A stretch of DNA of 64,000 bases, from positions 45,510,001-45,574,000 of the forward strand of contig NC_087251.1 in NCBI RefSeq assembly GCF_037042905.1, in the 5' to 3' direction. Both the position numbers and the translations under genes were made by a program. The DNA comes from Lytechinus pictus (taxonomy: Eukaryota). Every line of letters begins with the position of its first letter. The stretch's first letter is position 1. Under the pieces are notes generated by a model that was not told where the DNA came from, searched no databases, and was given only the letters and a program-made list of their open reading frames with translations. Positions 11,434-23,655 of the stretch are shown in pieces.

Positions 11434-14080
11434 ATAGAACACCCCAACAGCATCCATACCCTTCCTGATTTCACAGTTTTACAGAAGAAGCGGAAGAGAG
11501 TCGGATCAAGTCCCACAAAGGAGCACTGTGGAGTTCATGGCACGAGAACTTGGGGCTTTGGCAGAGCTGCAGACAGCGGAAACTCTTCTGTCTACGAAGG
11601 ATGTTACCATGGGCTTCGATGCCACCACCCAGGAGGAAATGCATATCAATAGCGTGCACTTCACTACAAAATAATCTTGTCTTGCTGCAGCTGTAGATGA
11701 ATTAGCTGGCGGCACGGCAGATGATTATGCCCAGCACATTTGCGACACAGTGGAAAATTTATGTCAAACCTACTGCTATTTCAATGGTGCTGACTTACAA
11801 GAGACCAGAAAAAAGATGATTAACAACATTTCCAATACCATGTCCGATAGGTGTGCTGCCAACCACACTGCCATAAGAGTGGTAAATAGTGAGTGGGGCA
11901 AGACATTAAATGAACTTAATTGCCACCTCCATCCTCTAGATTCCATTGCATCCTCTGTTCGTTCTGCTCTTAAACATCACGAGGAATCTATAACACGCAA
12001 GGTTTTTGGGAAGAATTGCTTAGCAGCTAATATCATACTTCAAATGAACAAACTGCGCTACAAAAAAAGGAGATCCTCGTGGATTCATAGCTTTCCTTGA
12101 TGACAAGAAAATACCACGTGGTGTACTTCCTCGCTACCGTGGAAATCGTCTACATATCATCTTTCACATTGGTGGGAAACTTGTGGAACACTATGATGAC
12201 TTTCTCACTCTGCTCAGGACCGGGACATCATGTGGTGGCTTGCGAGCTGCAATTCTTCATGATCTCACCATGGACCAAGCAAGATCTGAGCTTCATGTGC
12301 TGGGCATTCTCGGAAAGCATTTGACAGGTCCATGGATGAGGAAATTTCACACGTCAAATGAGAATGAGCTCAACCATGCTGATTACATTAGAGTTGTCGA
12401 AGTGGTCATTGTGGCCCTAAAGGAAGCCGCTAGTCATCCAGAGAATATGCTTTACGCAACAGAAGATTTCTTCGGTGCGCAACTTCAGATTGACACAACC
12501 CTGCAGGCCTGGCGAGAATTTGAGTACGATGACCACCAGTTCTCTGCTATGATGAGTAGTAGCCTCCAGGCAATCGTCGATGTCTTGGAAAGACAGTATA
12601 GCAGGTACTTTGATGTTGATATCACAGAGAAATTACGGGAGGAAGTAGCGTCTACCAGATCCCACAATATCGACGCAGAAGAATTAATGGGTATGTTCAG
12701 CTCGCTCAAGAAGAAAGCCCCAAATGCCACCATGTGTTAACTCTCTTGCCGGATGCGTGCCTGTAAAAATAAAACAGTCCAGTATTTGGACAAGTTGGAA
12801 GAGGGCAGGAAAGAGGATGTCCTGCAGAAAGCTGTGAGATGGGGAAGAATGCAGAGGAACAGGAGGAAAAAGAAACAGAGAGAACTGAGAAAAGAGATCA
12901 TGCGAAGACACAAGGAGAAAGAACAGTCACATCAAACAAAAGAAAGAAGAAAGCTGGAGAAAAAATTGAAGGAAACAGACATAGAAAATGTTAGGGAGGC
13001 ATTTCCTCATCTGGGGTTTTCAGAATCAAAGTGTGAAATTGTGAAAGCTATTCTGAATGGTCAAGTTATTGGCAGAAAAGCCTGCCATGCCTGGTATGAA
13101 CAACAAAAACTAGAAGTGTACAATGCAAAGTGTGAGAAACTGAAAAATGAAATGTACCGGATGGCATATTGGTCACAATCAGACAAATATGATGATGCTA
13201 CTGATTACAACATTTCTATGTATCGGCTTGCTGCTGACGTCTTGTATGGAGATCTGGTCTTTTGTTAAACAGCTGTTTCATGAGTGTACTGTTGTTTTCA
13301 TCAGTAACAAAGTTGCTATTTTGTCATGCTTAATTAAGGTGATCTACTTGTATTTTTCTTCTAAATGAAGCTTTAACATGGATCAATTATCAGTAATGTT
13401 ATTAATTATTCTGAATTTGTTGATTGACTGTTGATACAAACACATCTGAAATTAAAATGCATTTTATACAGTGGAAACTCAGTATAATGAGGTCCTTGGG
13501 ACCATCAAAATTTCCTTGTTATAGCAGGAATCTCGTTATATCAGGGTTAAAAAAAAAGAATATAAAGAGCTGGGACCAAAATATTATCTTGTTATATCAG
13601 ATCTCTTTATACCGCGTTTCCACTGTATCATATATGTATTTTTTTAAATCGGGAATTCCTAAAGTCGAATAGCAGGATCTGGTTACCCCAACCTTAATTA
13701 GTTAATTAATTACTAATTGATTAATTAGTTGATTAATTATTAATTAATTAACTAATTACTGATTTTGTAAATTATTGTCAATTTCATATATAATTAGTCT
13801 GCCAGAATATTTTTGCCATGAAAGAGGCAGTTGTAAAGCCTTTCTCCTTAAATTCGCATCAATTCCTATGAAAGCTATTGCATTAATATGTGTTAATTAA
13901 TTAATTAATTAATTTTTCTGATGTTATCTAGAAGTAAACTTGATAAAATGGATGGCCTTGTATTCAGCATATACCTTACTATCATCCCTGAAAGTTTCAT
14001 GTAAAAAAATCTTATTTCATAAGGAAGTTATGTTCTTTTTCGTTTAAAAAAGTGTACTTTGGTCACAGTTGTGATCACAG
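11434..14080 (+). mobile_element. 5'-truncated DNA transposon with a decayed hAT-related DDE transposase (11434-13268)
   Basis: Across stops/frameshifts: VTMGFDATT (D1), NTMSDRCAAN (D2), LNCHLHPL (CxxH), SHNIDAEELMG (E); candidate right terminus GGTCACAGTTGTGATCACAG at 14061-14080. Confidence 0.65.
13469..13625. mobile_element. Tc1/mariner (Tigger-like) MITE nested in the DDE element
   Basis: TA|CAGTGGAAAC ... GTTTCCACTG|TA. Confidence 0.75.
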
Positions 14081-14314
14081 CTTTTGTCTTTCAAAACAAA
14101 GGATAACATAAGAATTAAATCGACATTTTTGCGCATTGGAAATTGGCGTAACTTTTTTATTACTGGGACTATATGGATGAATGAGGTATCAAATTAAAGT
14201 TCTTGCTGAGCTCAAAATGATGGTACCAAAATTATACACTAATATTGATTTTTCATTTTTTTGTAACATACCTATATCATATTTTTCTGTTCTCCCTTTT
14301 TGTCTTTTCTGTAG

Positions 14315-15997
14315 ATGGAGGAAGCGTTCTATCTTCCGCTACCCTCTGATGGGGAACTTGAGGGCTCCGTTGGAGAGGAGGACGGCCTGATCTCTTCTCT
14401 GGGCCACACTGACCTTGGGACAGGTGTTCAGGACCAAGGCGAAGGGGTAGAACCCGCCCCTTCACAGGTAATGGGGGCTGGGGAGCCGGTCAAGGTTCCA
14501 TCAGCCACTGGGGACATTGCGGGGGCCCAAGCGGCACCCATCACAGGGGGAACTCCACGAGCGCCTCCAGGGTTTGAGGAAATGGAAGGGACTAACCGGC
14601 CCATCCATGAGAGGCAAATGCGCTGTTTGGAGGCATTGGAGTGGCTCGTGCAGGGCCAACTCCTTCCATATAAGAATACATATGATTTATATAGCGTCTT
14701 TTCGATTTTGATTAAATGCTCAAGGCGCTTTGAAGGAAGTAAAACATTAAAGTAAAGAGAACTAAGAGAATTACAAAAAAGGGTAATTAAAAATGACGAA
14801 AAATGACTGTCTTCAAACCTAGTACCTGCTGGTAAACAAATGCAATTTTAGGTTGCCCTTAAAGGATGTTGCAGAGTTTGAGTTCTTCAGCTCTTGTGGT
14901 AGTGAATTCCACAGGGCTGGTCCGGCACGAGCAAAGACTTGATCGCCCCAGGATTTTTTAGATAGTGGGATATGCATGAGACTAGATTGGGTTGATCGCA
15001 GTGTGCGTGCAGGTTGATAGTGGTGTGTAAGAGACTTGTTGTAATCAGGTGCGGATCCATTGATGATATGATGAACCAAAAGTAGAATTTTGAAAACTAT
15101 GCGATCCTTTATCCGGGCGCAATGATTAGGATGGCCCCATCTGCGCTACCCTGGGATTTTTGGAAGGGGCATATGCGCATGCGGTGGAGATGGCGTATGC
15201 TGGTTGGGTCTGCTGTCTACACGAATACCTCGCGGAACGGCTGTCCCCAGGTCAAAATGGGGACCGGTTCCCTTTATTGGATGGAGGGGGTGGGAACGAT
15301 GGATTGGTGTTTCTTTACCCCGACACTCCCTGGTGGGAACCCGCCATGGAGCGGCAGCGTCACCTCTGGCCTACCTGCCTCACTTCGAGGGAGGGCATCG
15401 GCGCCATGGGTCCAGGGTGAGCGGGCGCGCCACCAACTGCTAGAGGGGGAGCATCGGCTACCCCTGCGGCACCGAAGGGCCCGGCTCCGCCCCCGGTTTG
15501 GAAACGAACCCAGGGGCTTAACCCGGAGGCTGGGCGTGTTTCTTTTGAGGAGGTCGCTGCAAAGCCCCCCATACCTCTGGCCGTGGACAGTCTCTTCCAC
15601 CTAGATTTCCTGGAGGGTCCTCTTGGAAAGAAGGGCTGGAGGTGTGCCGAGTTGACATCGGGCAGGGAGCCTCGGGTCCCAGTCTGTCTAACCGGGGGTG
15701 TCGCGAATTTCTGCAATCACCAGAGGTACAAGAACATCGTGTTCCCGGAGGGTCGTAACTGGAAGGTCTCGGTGGGGGGTACTCCCCTGCTTCACTTCCA
15801 GTTTCGAGGAAGCAGACTTAGATGCCCTGGGCCGACTGGCCTGTGACCCTAAGACAAGCGCGCTCGGGGAGATTGGTTTGGATCACTCTCTCCCGCCCTC
15901 GACCCGGTCGAAGCAGTTGCTGGTCTATACGACCATCCTGGAGCAGGTCGGGGCTACTGGTAAAGTCCTCGTACTGCACCTGCGGGGACAAGAGGGA
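14315..15997 (+). pseudogene. TatD-like nuclease ORF, 5' copy, with long N-terminal extension; split by a LINE fragment and ended by Gypsy insertion
   Basis: Acceptor-like TTTTCTGTAG|ATG at 14315; GC-rich coding-like DNA resumes at ~15113; VDSLFHLD (degenerate DxHxH), GGVANFC, ALGEIGLDH, VLHLRG. Confidence 0.65.
14672..15112 (-). mobile_element. 5'-truncated LINE (L2/CR1 group) 3' end
   Basis: RIVFKILL...APDY...RTLRS...WGDQVFARAGPALWNSLPQELK..FKGNLKLHLF followed by 3' UTR with AAAGCGCCTTGAGCA...CGCTATATAAAT tail motif. Confidence 0.8.
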
Positions 15998-17819
15998 TGT
16001 AATATACTGTCAACTCACTATTTCATATTCTGTAGGCTGTTTTCTAATGCCTATTCATAAGATTAGTCCATTCTGTATCCTTATATATTAAAGAGAAAGT
16101 AACTTCTACTGTCATGACTCATTACTGTGGAATGTATCTTAACCATGGGATTGACCACTGGCATTCTGAATAAACCACTTGAGCTTAAGTTTTCATACTA
16201 CCAAGACATGTGTACCTGTCTCTCTCCTTTGTATTGAGTAATATAAAGGGTTGCTGGAACTGTTTGACTATTGAAATATTATAGTTTGTCCAGTATATAA
16301 AATTGGCGACAAGGATTTAACGAATTCTCCACGATGGCAGTGTACGGAAATATTGGAAGTTTTGAGGAGTCAATTGAGTCATTTGATGATTATTCGGACC
16401 GCATGGATGCTTTCCTTAGTGCCAATGCAATACCAGCAGAGAGGCAGGCTAATCTTTTCTTGGCTAGTGTCGGTCCTGTGGCTTATAAACTCCTGAAAAA
16501 CCTTTGCAGCCCAAGTCAGCCCAATACTAAATCGTATGAGGAGCTTAAGCGGTGTCTTAAGGAACATTTTAAAGTTTTGGACGGCTCAGCAAGGGGAGAG
16601 GGAGACAGTAGCAGACTTCATCGTTCGGCTGAAAAATTTGGCTTGGACGTGTGACTTTGGAGCTTTCCTGTTGGAAGCTCTTCGAGACAGATTAGTTTCA
16701 GGACTCCACCAGAAGATGTCACGTACCCAATGGCAGCTTCTCGCCATAAGCTTAACTTTTGAGAGTGCTAGGTCCCGTTGATGATGAGATGGCTGGTGCT
16801 GCTAATAAGCAGCACATGGGACCAGCAGTGGCCAGCAGTGAAGTTCATCGTGTAGCATATCAGGGGCATTACCAGGGTAACCGACAGTTTCCAAGGAAAT
16901 CACCTGGCGCATCCCCTCCTTGGAAGAATTCGTCTTGTAAATGCTGTGGAGGAGACCATCCGGCGGATAGATGCCGATTTAAGGACGCCACATGCCACAT
17001 CTGCAAGAAGAAGGGACATATTCGTTCTGTGTGCCGATCGAGGAGACGGGAAGAGGGACGAAACCAGTATGTTGCCCAAGTGCCAGATGGAATAAACTCT
17101 GACTCAGAAACAATAGTAGACCATGATCATGATGATGATGTGAATTATGTTGAGAGTAGTTTTGGATTACACAATATTGAGGGTGAGTGCAATCATACAT
17201 CTTTGCCTTATTATGTACATGTTAATATAGGTAGTACTAGTTTGGAAATGGAGGTAGATACCGGGGCGGCACGATCAACGGTGTCGGAAGTCGTGTATCA
17301 GTCTGAATTACCGAGATACCCTCTTCGTAAACCCAATATAACTCTACGTAGTTATTCCAAACATGTCGTACCCCTTCTTGGCTGTATTACTATACCTGTG
17401 GTGTATAATGGGGGGAGGACGGTGATGCTAGAACTTCTAGTAGTAAAGGGCAGAAGACCTGCCCTGTTTGGGAGAGATTGGCTAAACAAGATAAAGCTGG
17501 ACTGGAAAAGCATTTTTGCCATGCAAAATAAAATTTCTGTAACAACAAAGGAACAAAAGAGGGTTGATCCCAGCATAACAAGGGACAAGCTTAATGCTTT
17601 CCTACTAAACATGCAAAGTTGTTCAAAAAGGATAAGACTGGAATAAAAGGGTTCACTGCATCCTTAAAACTGAAACCGGATGCAAAGCCTTGCTTTCAGA
17701 AGGCTAGACCAGTCCCTTATTCCCTGGTGGAAAACGTAAATAAAGAGTATGAGAGACTGGTAAAGGATGATATTTTCTAGCCTGTCACTCACAGCGAGTG
17801 GGCGTCACCAACTGTTCAT

Positions 17820-18790
17820 GTGTCTAAAGCACAGGGTGCCATTCGCGTGTGTGGTGATTACAAGAGAGTGAATGAGGTAATCGAGGATGATGGTTACATA
17901 TTGCCAAATGCACAAGACTTGTTCGCAAAACTTGCTCAAAACGGTACCACTCCAAAAGTGTACTCGGTCATTGACCTTACTGGCGCTTTCAATCAGCTTT
18001 TTCTGGATGAAGAATCTGCGAAGCTTCTTGTGTTGAACACTCACAAAGGTTTGCTCGCACCAAAGCGTTTGTGTTTTGGAGTCAAAACAGCGCCATTTTT
18101 GTTTCAAGCTACCATGGACAAAATAATATCAGGCATGCCGAATGTCTTCTGCTATGTTGATGATATACTTGTGGCGACAGAAAGCATTGACGAGCGTATG
18201 AATGTACTCACAGAGTTATTTGCCAGGTTAACTAAGCATAATGTGCGGCTAAATCAGGATAAGTGCAAATTCCTACAATCCAAAATCAGATATTTGGGGC
18301 ATATTCTCACTGCTGAGGGCATTGAACCGATTCAAGACAAAGTTGAAGCCATTAACAAAGCCCCCAAGCCTAAGAATGTATCTGAATTGAAGTCTTTCCT
18401 AGGAATGATTAATTACTATGGCAAGTTCATTCCAAATCTGAGCACCGAGCTCCAGCCCCTCTATGCATTACTACAGCACTCAACTGAATGGAAATGGTGC
18501 AAAAGATGTGAAGCCGCGTTCACATATGCGAAAAAGGCCCTTGCTAGCGATAGGGTTTTGGTTCATTATGATGCTTCAAAGCCAGTTGTTCTAAGTGTGG
18601 ATGCGAGTCCATATGGATTAGGGGCAGTTTTAAGCCATAAGCTTGCGGACGGTTCAGAAAAACCGATTGCCTATGCTTCTAGGACTTTGAATGCTGCAGA
18701 GAAAAATTATGCACAAATTGATAAAGAGGGATTAGCTATTATCTTTGGGGTGAAAAAGTTTCATCTGTACTTGTATGGTCGGGAGTTTCC
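17820..18790 (+). pseudogene. Gypsy B pol: reverse transcriptase and RNase H N-half
   Basis: IRVCGDYK, IDLTGAFNQL, RLCFGVKTAP..FQ, YVDDILV, LKSFLGMINYY; upstream in-frame TAG and frameshift. Confidence 0.9.
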
Positions 18791-19421
18791 ACATGTTCAT
18801 TCAAGCGTGAATGTTTAATTAAACGCCTTTGAATCATTGAAGCATGTTAATTGGTCATGAACATAACGAAAAAGTTGAGAAAAGATCATTTTCAGTTACC
18901 AAAATGAAACAGTACATGCCTATGATATTTGAAAATCATATTTTTTGTTTTCAATAAATGTTCATTGAACCGTGAAACGATGAAAATTGTTGAAGATACT
19001 CTTCCCAAATATAACTGTCATCATATTCTATCATTTTTATTGATAAAAATGTGTAAAACATCCAATTATAGCAAATTTGGACTTGTGTTTATTCAACCGT
19101 GAAATTTAGCCAAAAAAGTTGTATCGTCTTTTAGAAAGTACCTTTTACAAGTCTTCTGACTATTTTTCATGATGAGAATGTGGAATTAGTTCCAATAAAA
19201 TGGAATCAAAGTAATGATATTTGGCTTGTGACTTTTGAAAAGTGACATTTTTGCCTTCTGACGGTGCTCACTGAAGCATGGCGTAAAATACGTCCATAAC
19301 TTTTACTCAGAGGATAGCTTATAAAATTACCTACACGCTCATGTAAAAATATATTAAAAACTCGCATCGGTTCGGAAATTATTGATGTTTGTTTAAGGGG
19401 GGACTTACTTTTTTTGTTGTG
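18790..19421. mobile_element. One-ended non-coding DNA-transposon fragment replacing Gypsy B integrase/3' LTR
   Basis: Abrupt switch from RNase H coding to AT-rich DNA; ends GGGGGGACTTACTTTTTTTGTTGTG|TA at a TA inside the 3' LTR. Confidence 0.5.
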
Positions 19422-19466
19422 TATAGTTTGTCCAGTATATAAAAAGGGACAAACTTCTGATATCCC

Positions 19467-20238
19467 TTCCTGGAGGGTCCTCTTGGAAAGAAGGGCTGGA
19501 GGTGTGCTGAGTTGACATTGGGCAGGGAGCCTCGGGTCCCAGTCTGTCTAACCGGGGGTGTCGCGAATTTCTGCGATCACCAGAGGTACAAGAACATTGT
19601 GTTCCCGGAGGGTCGTAACTGGAAGGTCTCGTTGGGGGTACTCCCCTGCTTCACTTCCAGTTTCGAGGAAGCAGACTTAGACGCCCTGGGCCGACTGGCC
19701 TGTGACCCTAAGACAAGCGCTCTCGGGGAGATTGGTTTGGATCACTTTCTCCCGCCCTCGACCTGGTCAAAGCAGTTGCTGGTCTATACGACCATCCTGG
19801 AGCAGGTCGGGGCTACTGGTAAAGTCCTCGTACTGCACCTGCGGGGACAAGAGGGACAAACTTCTGATATCCCTTCTCGGATTGTCCGAGAAGCAACCAG
19901 GAAAAGGGTCAACAGATATCAGAGGAATCATATCCACTGTTGTACCCTTGGACCTCAAGAGGTCGAGGCTTGGGGAAAAGTTTTCCCCAACACCTACTTT
20001 AGCTTCAGCTGCATGGTGAAGCATTTCACTGGGGAGCAGTTGGACGCCTTGAGGAGGGTCCCTCTTGATAAGCTATTGCTGGAAACAGATTCTCCATATC
20101 TCCCTGTTGGGGGTGTCAAATTCATGACCCCTGCATATATCGGGGAGGTGGGAGAGCACGTCGCCTCAGCCCGGCGGATATTTTCTCACCCTCATGAAGC
20201 GAGCTAGGATTAACCATCTGGCGCTCTATGGGGTGTAG
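19467..20238 (+). pseudogene. TatD-like DNase, second (tandem-duplicated) copy running to the C-terminus
   Basis: ALGEIGLDH, VLHLRG, HIHCCT, YFSFS, VPLDKLLLETDSPYL, TPAYI; frameshift near 20180 then FLTLMKRARINHLALYGV*. Confidence 0.85.
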
Positions 20239-20479
20239 TGAGGAAGAAAAATAGCAGATATTGGTGACAACAGCAAGGTGAAGATGCCATGTGTGTACAC
20301 TGAGGATAATATCAATGTCAAAGGTTTACACATGGTCAAGCTATATGACAAAAGAGGACTGATCCACCGAAAAGGTTTTGACATCTCTGTGTTGAAGAAG
20401 TATACCAATCTGTCGAGTCATAAAGGGTTGTTTCAACAAAAACTGATTGGTCTTTGGTCTTATTGAGCAAGTTTTACAG

Positions 20480-20600
20480 GATTTGCCGGGAGTGCAGGCA
20501 TACTGGACGATATTCTTGTGTCAGGTCATTCAGAGGATGAGCATTTAAGAAACATGATAGAGTTCTGACGCAATTGGAAGAACGCAATTTGACACTGAAG
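20480..20600 (+). mobile_element. Gypsy RT scrap
   Basis: Degenerate LPGVQA.LDDILVSGHSEDEHLRN. Confidence 0.55.
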
Positions 20601-20609
20601 TGTGAATTT

Positions 20610-20870
20610 GCGAAAGAATTGGTTGACTGTTTGGGTCATGGAGGAAGGAGTACCTGCCTACACAATTCAATCGCGACAGAGATGGAACGAGCAGGAGAAC
20701 GATGTTTATGTGGGTGACATTGTCCACATTATGGAAGAATTGCCACATAACCATTGGAATATTGCTCATGTTGAAAAGTCTTTCTTAGAAGAAATGTTAT
20801 GGTAAGGTCAGCTCAAGTTCAAACCTAATATTCAACCCTTGTTGGGCCCATTCTCAAGCTGTATCTTTTG
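20610..20870 (+). mobile_element. BEL/Pao integrase C-terminal scrap
   Basis: FW..WRKEYLPT(I)QSRQRWNEQENDVYVGDIVHIMEELPHNHWNIAHVEK...VRSAQV. Confidence 0.65.
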
Positions 20871-21024
20871 GAATATTGACTGGATGTTTATTTTGTCTGT
20901 TGTGTTCGATTACAGAATGACTTTGCTGATATGTACAGATGAGTGATGATAATGGGTACTGGGCTGCCTGACGTCTTCCAGACTCAAGATGTCTATAGCA
21001 GGGCACATTATGGTTTAGAGCATA

Positions 21025-21323
21025 TATAATAATAATAATAATATGGTCCATTTATATAGCGTAGCTACTATAATTGCATATACTCTACTGCGCTTGATAC
21101 TTGGTATCATAATATTACTCCGGCTGTAGCTGAGCTGCCATATAGGCGCTAAAGCATTTAAGGAATAAATCCTACCGGGTACCCATTCACCTCACCTGGG
21201 TCGAGTGCGGCACAATGTGGGTACATTTTTTTTGATGAAGCAAAACACGCCACGGCTGGGGTTCGAACCCACGTCTCTCTGATTGAAAGACGAGAGTCGT
21301 AACCAGTAGACCACGACACCCCC
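21025..21323 (-). mobile_element. tRNA-derived SINE
   Basis: Minus strand GGGGTGTCGTGGTCTACTGGTT (A box) ... GGTTCGAACCC (B box), core CACTCGACCCAGGTGAGGTGAATGGGTACC, (TAT)n tail. Confidence 0.8.
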
Positions 21324-22688
21324 GGGATTTTCAGAAAATGCAAAGTGTTGTAAATCATAGGAATCACAGAGGATCTAGCAGAAGAATGTAAAAGAATACT
21401 AAAGAAGCCAAATGATATAATGTCTAATAAGAATCACAATCTCAACCTCCTGTTTAAGATCTTGCCTTCAGGAAGAAGGTTGGGTTCGATGAAGTGTCGG
21501 ACAAGTCGGTACTCAGACTCATTCATGGCATTTTCTATTTGGTTGCAAAACCCAATCGGAAACGTATGATCCGTGATATCGAATGTCAACAGTGAATATC
21601 ATTCAACTGGACAATTTATCAATTTGTTTTCTTATTCCACACCCCCTCTTATCTTTATATATTTTCATTATTTAAAATATTTTTGCTTTGGAATTGCATT
21701 ACATGTTTCTTCTCCGCCGGACCTTGCTTCCTTCCTCTTGCTATTGTGCAATACAGAAACATCTTTGAAATATTAATCTTAGAACATCTTTCTTTTTAAC
21801 TGGTTTACTTCTTATTTACAAATGCATTAGCAATATATTTTTGGGTTACAAATTTTCTTTCTGCCAGATTTCTTTCAAACAGTGCAATAAATAAGTATCA
21901 ATGGAATTTTCATTTCTGTCCAATTTCATTTAAACCCAATTGTCTCTACAATAATTTGATTCCTTTTTTTTTATCGCCAATAGGTTATAATATTCAATTC
22001 ACTAATTTCAATTACATTTCTCAAAAACCTTTAATTTATAAATTGCCCTTTTTCAACGTCATTTCATCATTTTTCTAGTTTTATATTAGTGCAATTAATT
22101 GTAAATATTAACTAAGCAGTGCCCTTCAAAGTGTATAATTTCAGCATTTTTGATGATATGTACTTGTTATATTATGGAATCTTATATGTGACCATGACGC
22201 ATTTCTTGTGCTATTATTGACAATAAAGAATAAATTGAATTGAATTGTCAGCGTAGCCTCATCTGGACCAATACCACGTGCTCCTTGACTGATTATTTAT
22301 CATCAGTAGGATAGTCACAGCCTACCTCCATTAGTCAGTATTTGGTCAAGCTGGAACGAAAATGTGCATTTTTGTTATCAGATGATAAAGAAGACTTTAG
22401 AGCATCTACCAATATCAAAAAGTCTCCTTCATATTCATACACAAAATTCTGACAGCTTTTCCAAGTAAATGTAACATGTTCTATACGCACTGTATAAGAA
22501 TCAAATTTTCATTTGACAAAGCGCAAAATGAGAAGCAGATGAAGTGGCGATTAGACCATTTGGGCATTAGACTAAATAACAAAGAGACTAAAGTGAAAGG
22601 ATAAAGAGCAAGTGTAGTGTAGACAAAACGGAAATTTGACCAAATCAAGACTAGACCAAATGGGCTAGCCAATGTGGTGTTAGACATC

Positions 22689-23655
22689 TTGTCACCCAAA
22701 TCCTGTTTCTGTAAGCATACTCTGCAACGTAACTACTGCATCACCTTCAATTTATGGCTGATGTAGCCAAGAAGAGTTAAACACCATCATGATGTCATGG
22801 TAGAGAGAGCAGGTCACACTGTCACCTAAATCCTGTCTTTGTAAGCATACGACGCAAGATAACTACTGCATCACCTTCAATTTATGGCTGATGTAGCCAA
22901 GAAGAGTTATACACCATCATGATGTCACGGTAGAGAGAGCAGGTCACACTGTCACCTAAATCCTGTCTTTGTAAGCATACGACGCAAGATAACTACTGCA
23001 TCACCTTCAATTTATGGCTGATGTAGCCAAGAAGAGTTATACACCATAATGATGTCACGGTAGAGAGAGCAGGTCACACTGTCACCTAAATCCTGTCTTT
23101 GTAAGCATACGACGCATCGTCTTCAATGTAAGGCTGATGTTGCCAGGTGGAAGCACACATCATCCTGATGTCATGGTTAAGAGAGCAGGTCACACTGTCA
23201 CCTAAATCCTGTCTACGTAAGCATACTCTAGTTTCAAACGTAACCACTGTATCAGCCAAGAAGAGTTATACAACACCATGCATGATGTCACGGGTAAGAG
23301 AGCAGGTCACACTATCACCTAAATCCTGTCTATGTAAGCATACTCTGCAACATAACTACTGCATCACCTTCAATTTACGGCTGACGTAGCCAAGAAGAGT
23401 TATACAACATCATGATGTCACGGGTAAGAGAGCTAGTCACACCATCACCCAAATCCTGTCTCTGTAAAGCATACACTCTAACGTTATTACTGAATCATCT
23501 CCAAACTATACTTGAAGGAACCAGGTGAAAGCATACAACAGCATGGTGTTATGGTCAAGAGAGCAAGTCACATCATCTTCAATGAATGGCTGATGTAGCC
23601 ACATGGAAGCATACATCATCATATGGTGTCTTGGTTAAGAGAGCAAGCCACACTG
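22689..23655 (-). repeat. Tandem array (~130 bp unit, ~7 full + 1 partial) derived from the CINP C-terminal codons and stop
   Basis: Unit starts at 22689, 22819, 22949, 23079, 23195, 23312, 23442, partial ~23571; each aligns to 23653-23766. Confidence 0.92.

Larger units (their letters stand above)
15998..19444 (+). mobile_element. Gypsy LTR retrotransposon B (5' LTR 15998-16302, gag, protease, RT, partial RNase H; integrase and most of 3' LTR lost)
   Basis: 5-bp TSD AGGGA (15993-15997, 19445-19449); PBS TGGCGACAAGGA; gag with CHICKKKGHIRSVC; protease VDTGA; RT YVDD; RNase H VDASPYGLGAVL, NYAQIDKEGLAII; 3' LTR remnant TATAGTTTGTCCAGTATATAAAA 19422-19444. Confidence 0.92.

Noticed and set aside
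10357..11652. Intact 431-aa protein
   Set aside because: Last ~70 aa are out-of-frame read-through into a different element
15122..15716. Several overlapping ORFs on both strands
   Set aside because: Expected from GC-rich, frameshifted TatD-associated sequence; not independent genes
19467..20238. Bacterial contamination or recent horizontal transfer of tatD
   Set aside because: Interleaved with animal LINE/LTR insertions with TSDs; no bacterial operon context or RBS; phylogeny needed to say more
21240..21323. tRNA gene
   Set aside because: tRNA-like head continues into a SINE core and (TAT)n tail; acceptor stem/terminator not intact
22689..23655. CRISPR-like or coding tandem array
   Set aside because: No unique spacers; units are degenerate copies of CINP exon 5, 130 bp is not a multiple of 3 and units contain stops and lack polypyrimidine acceptors
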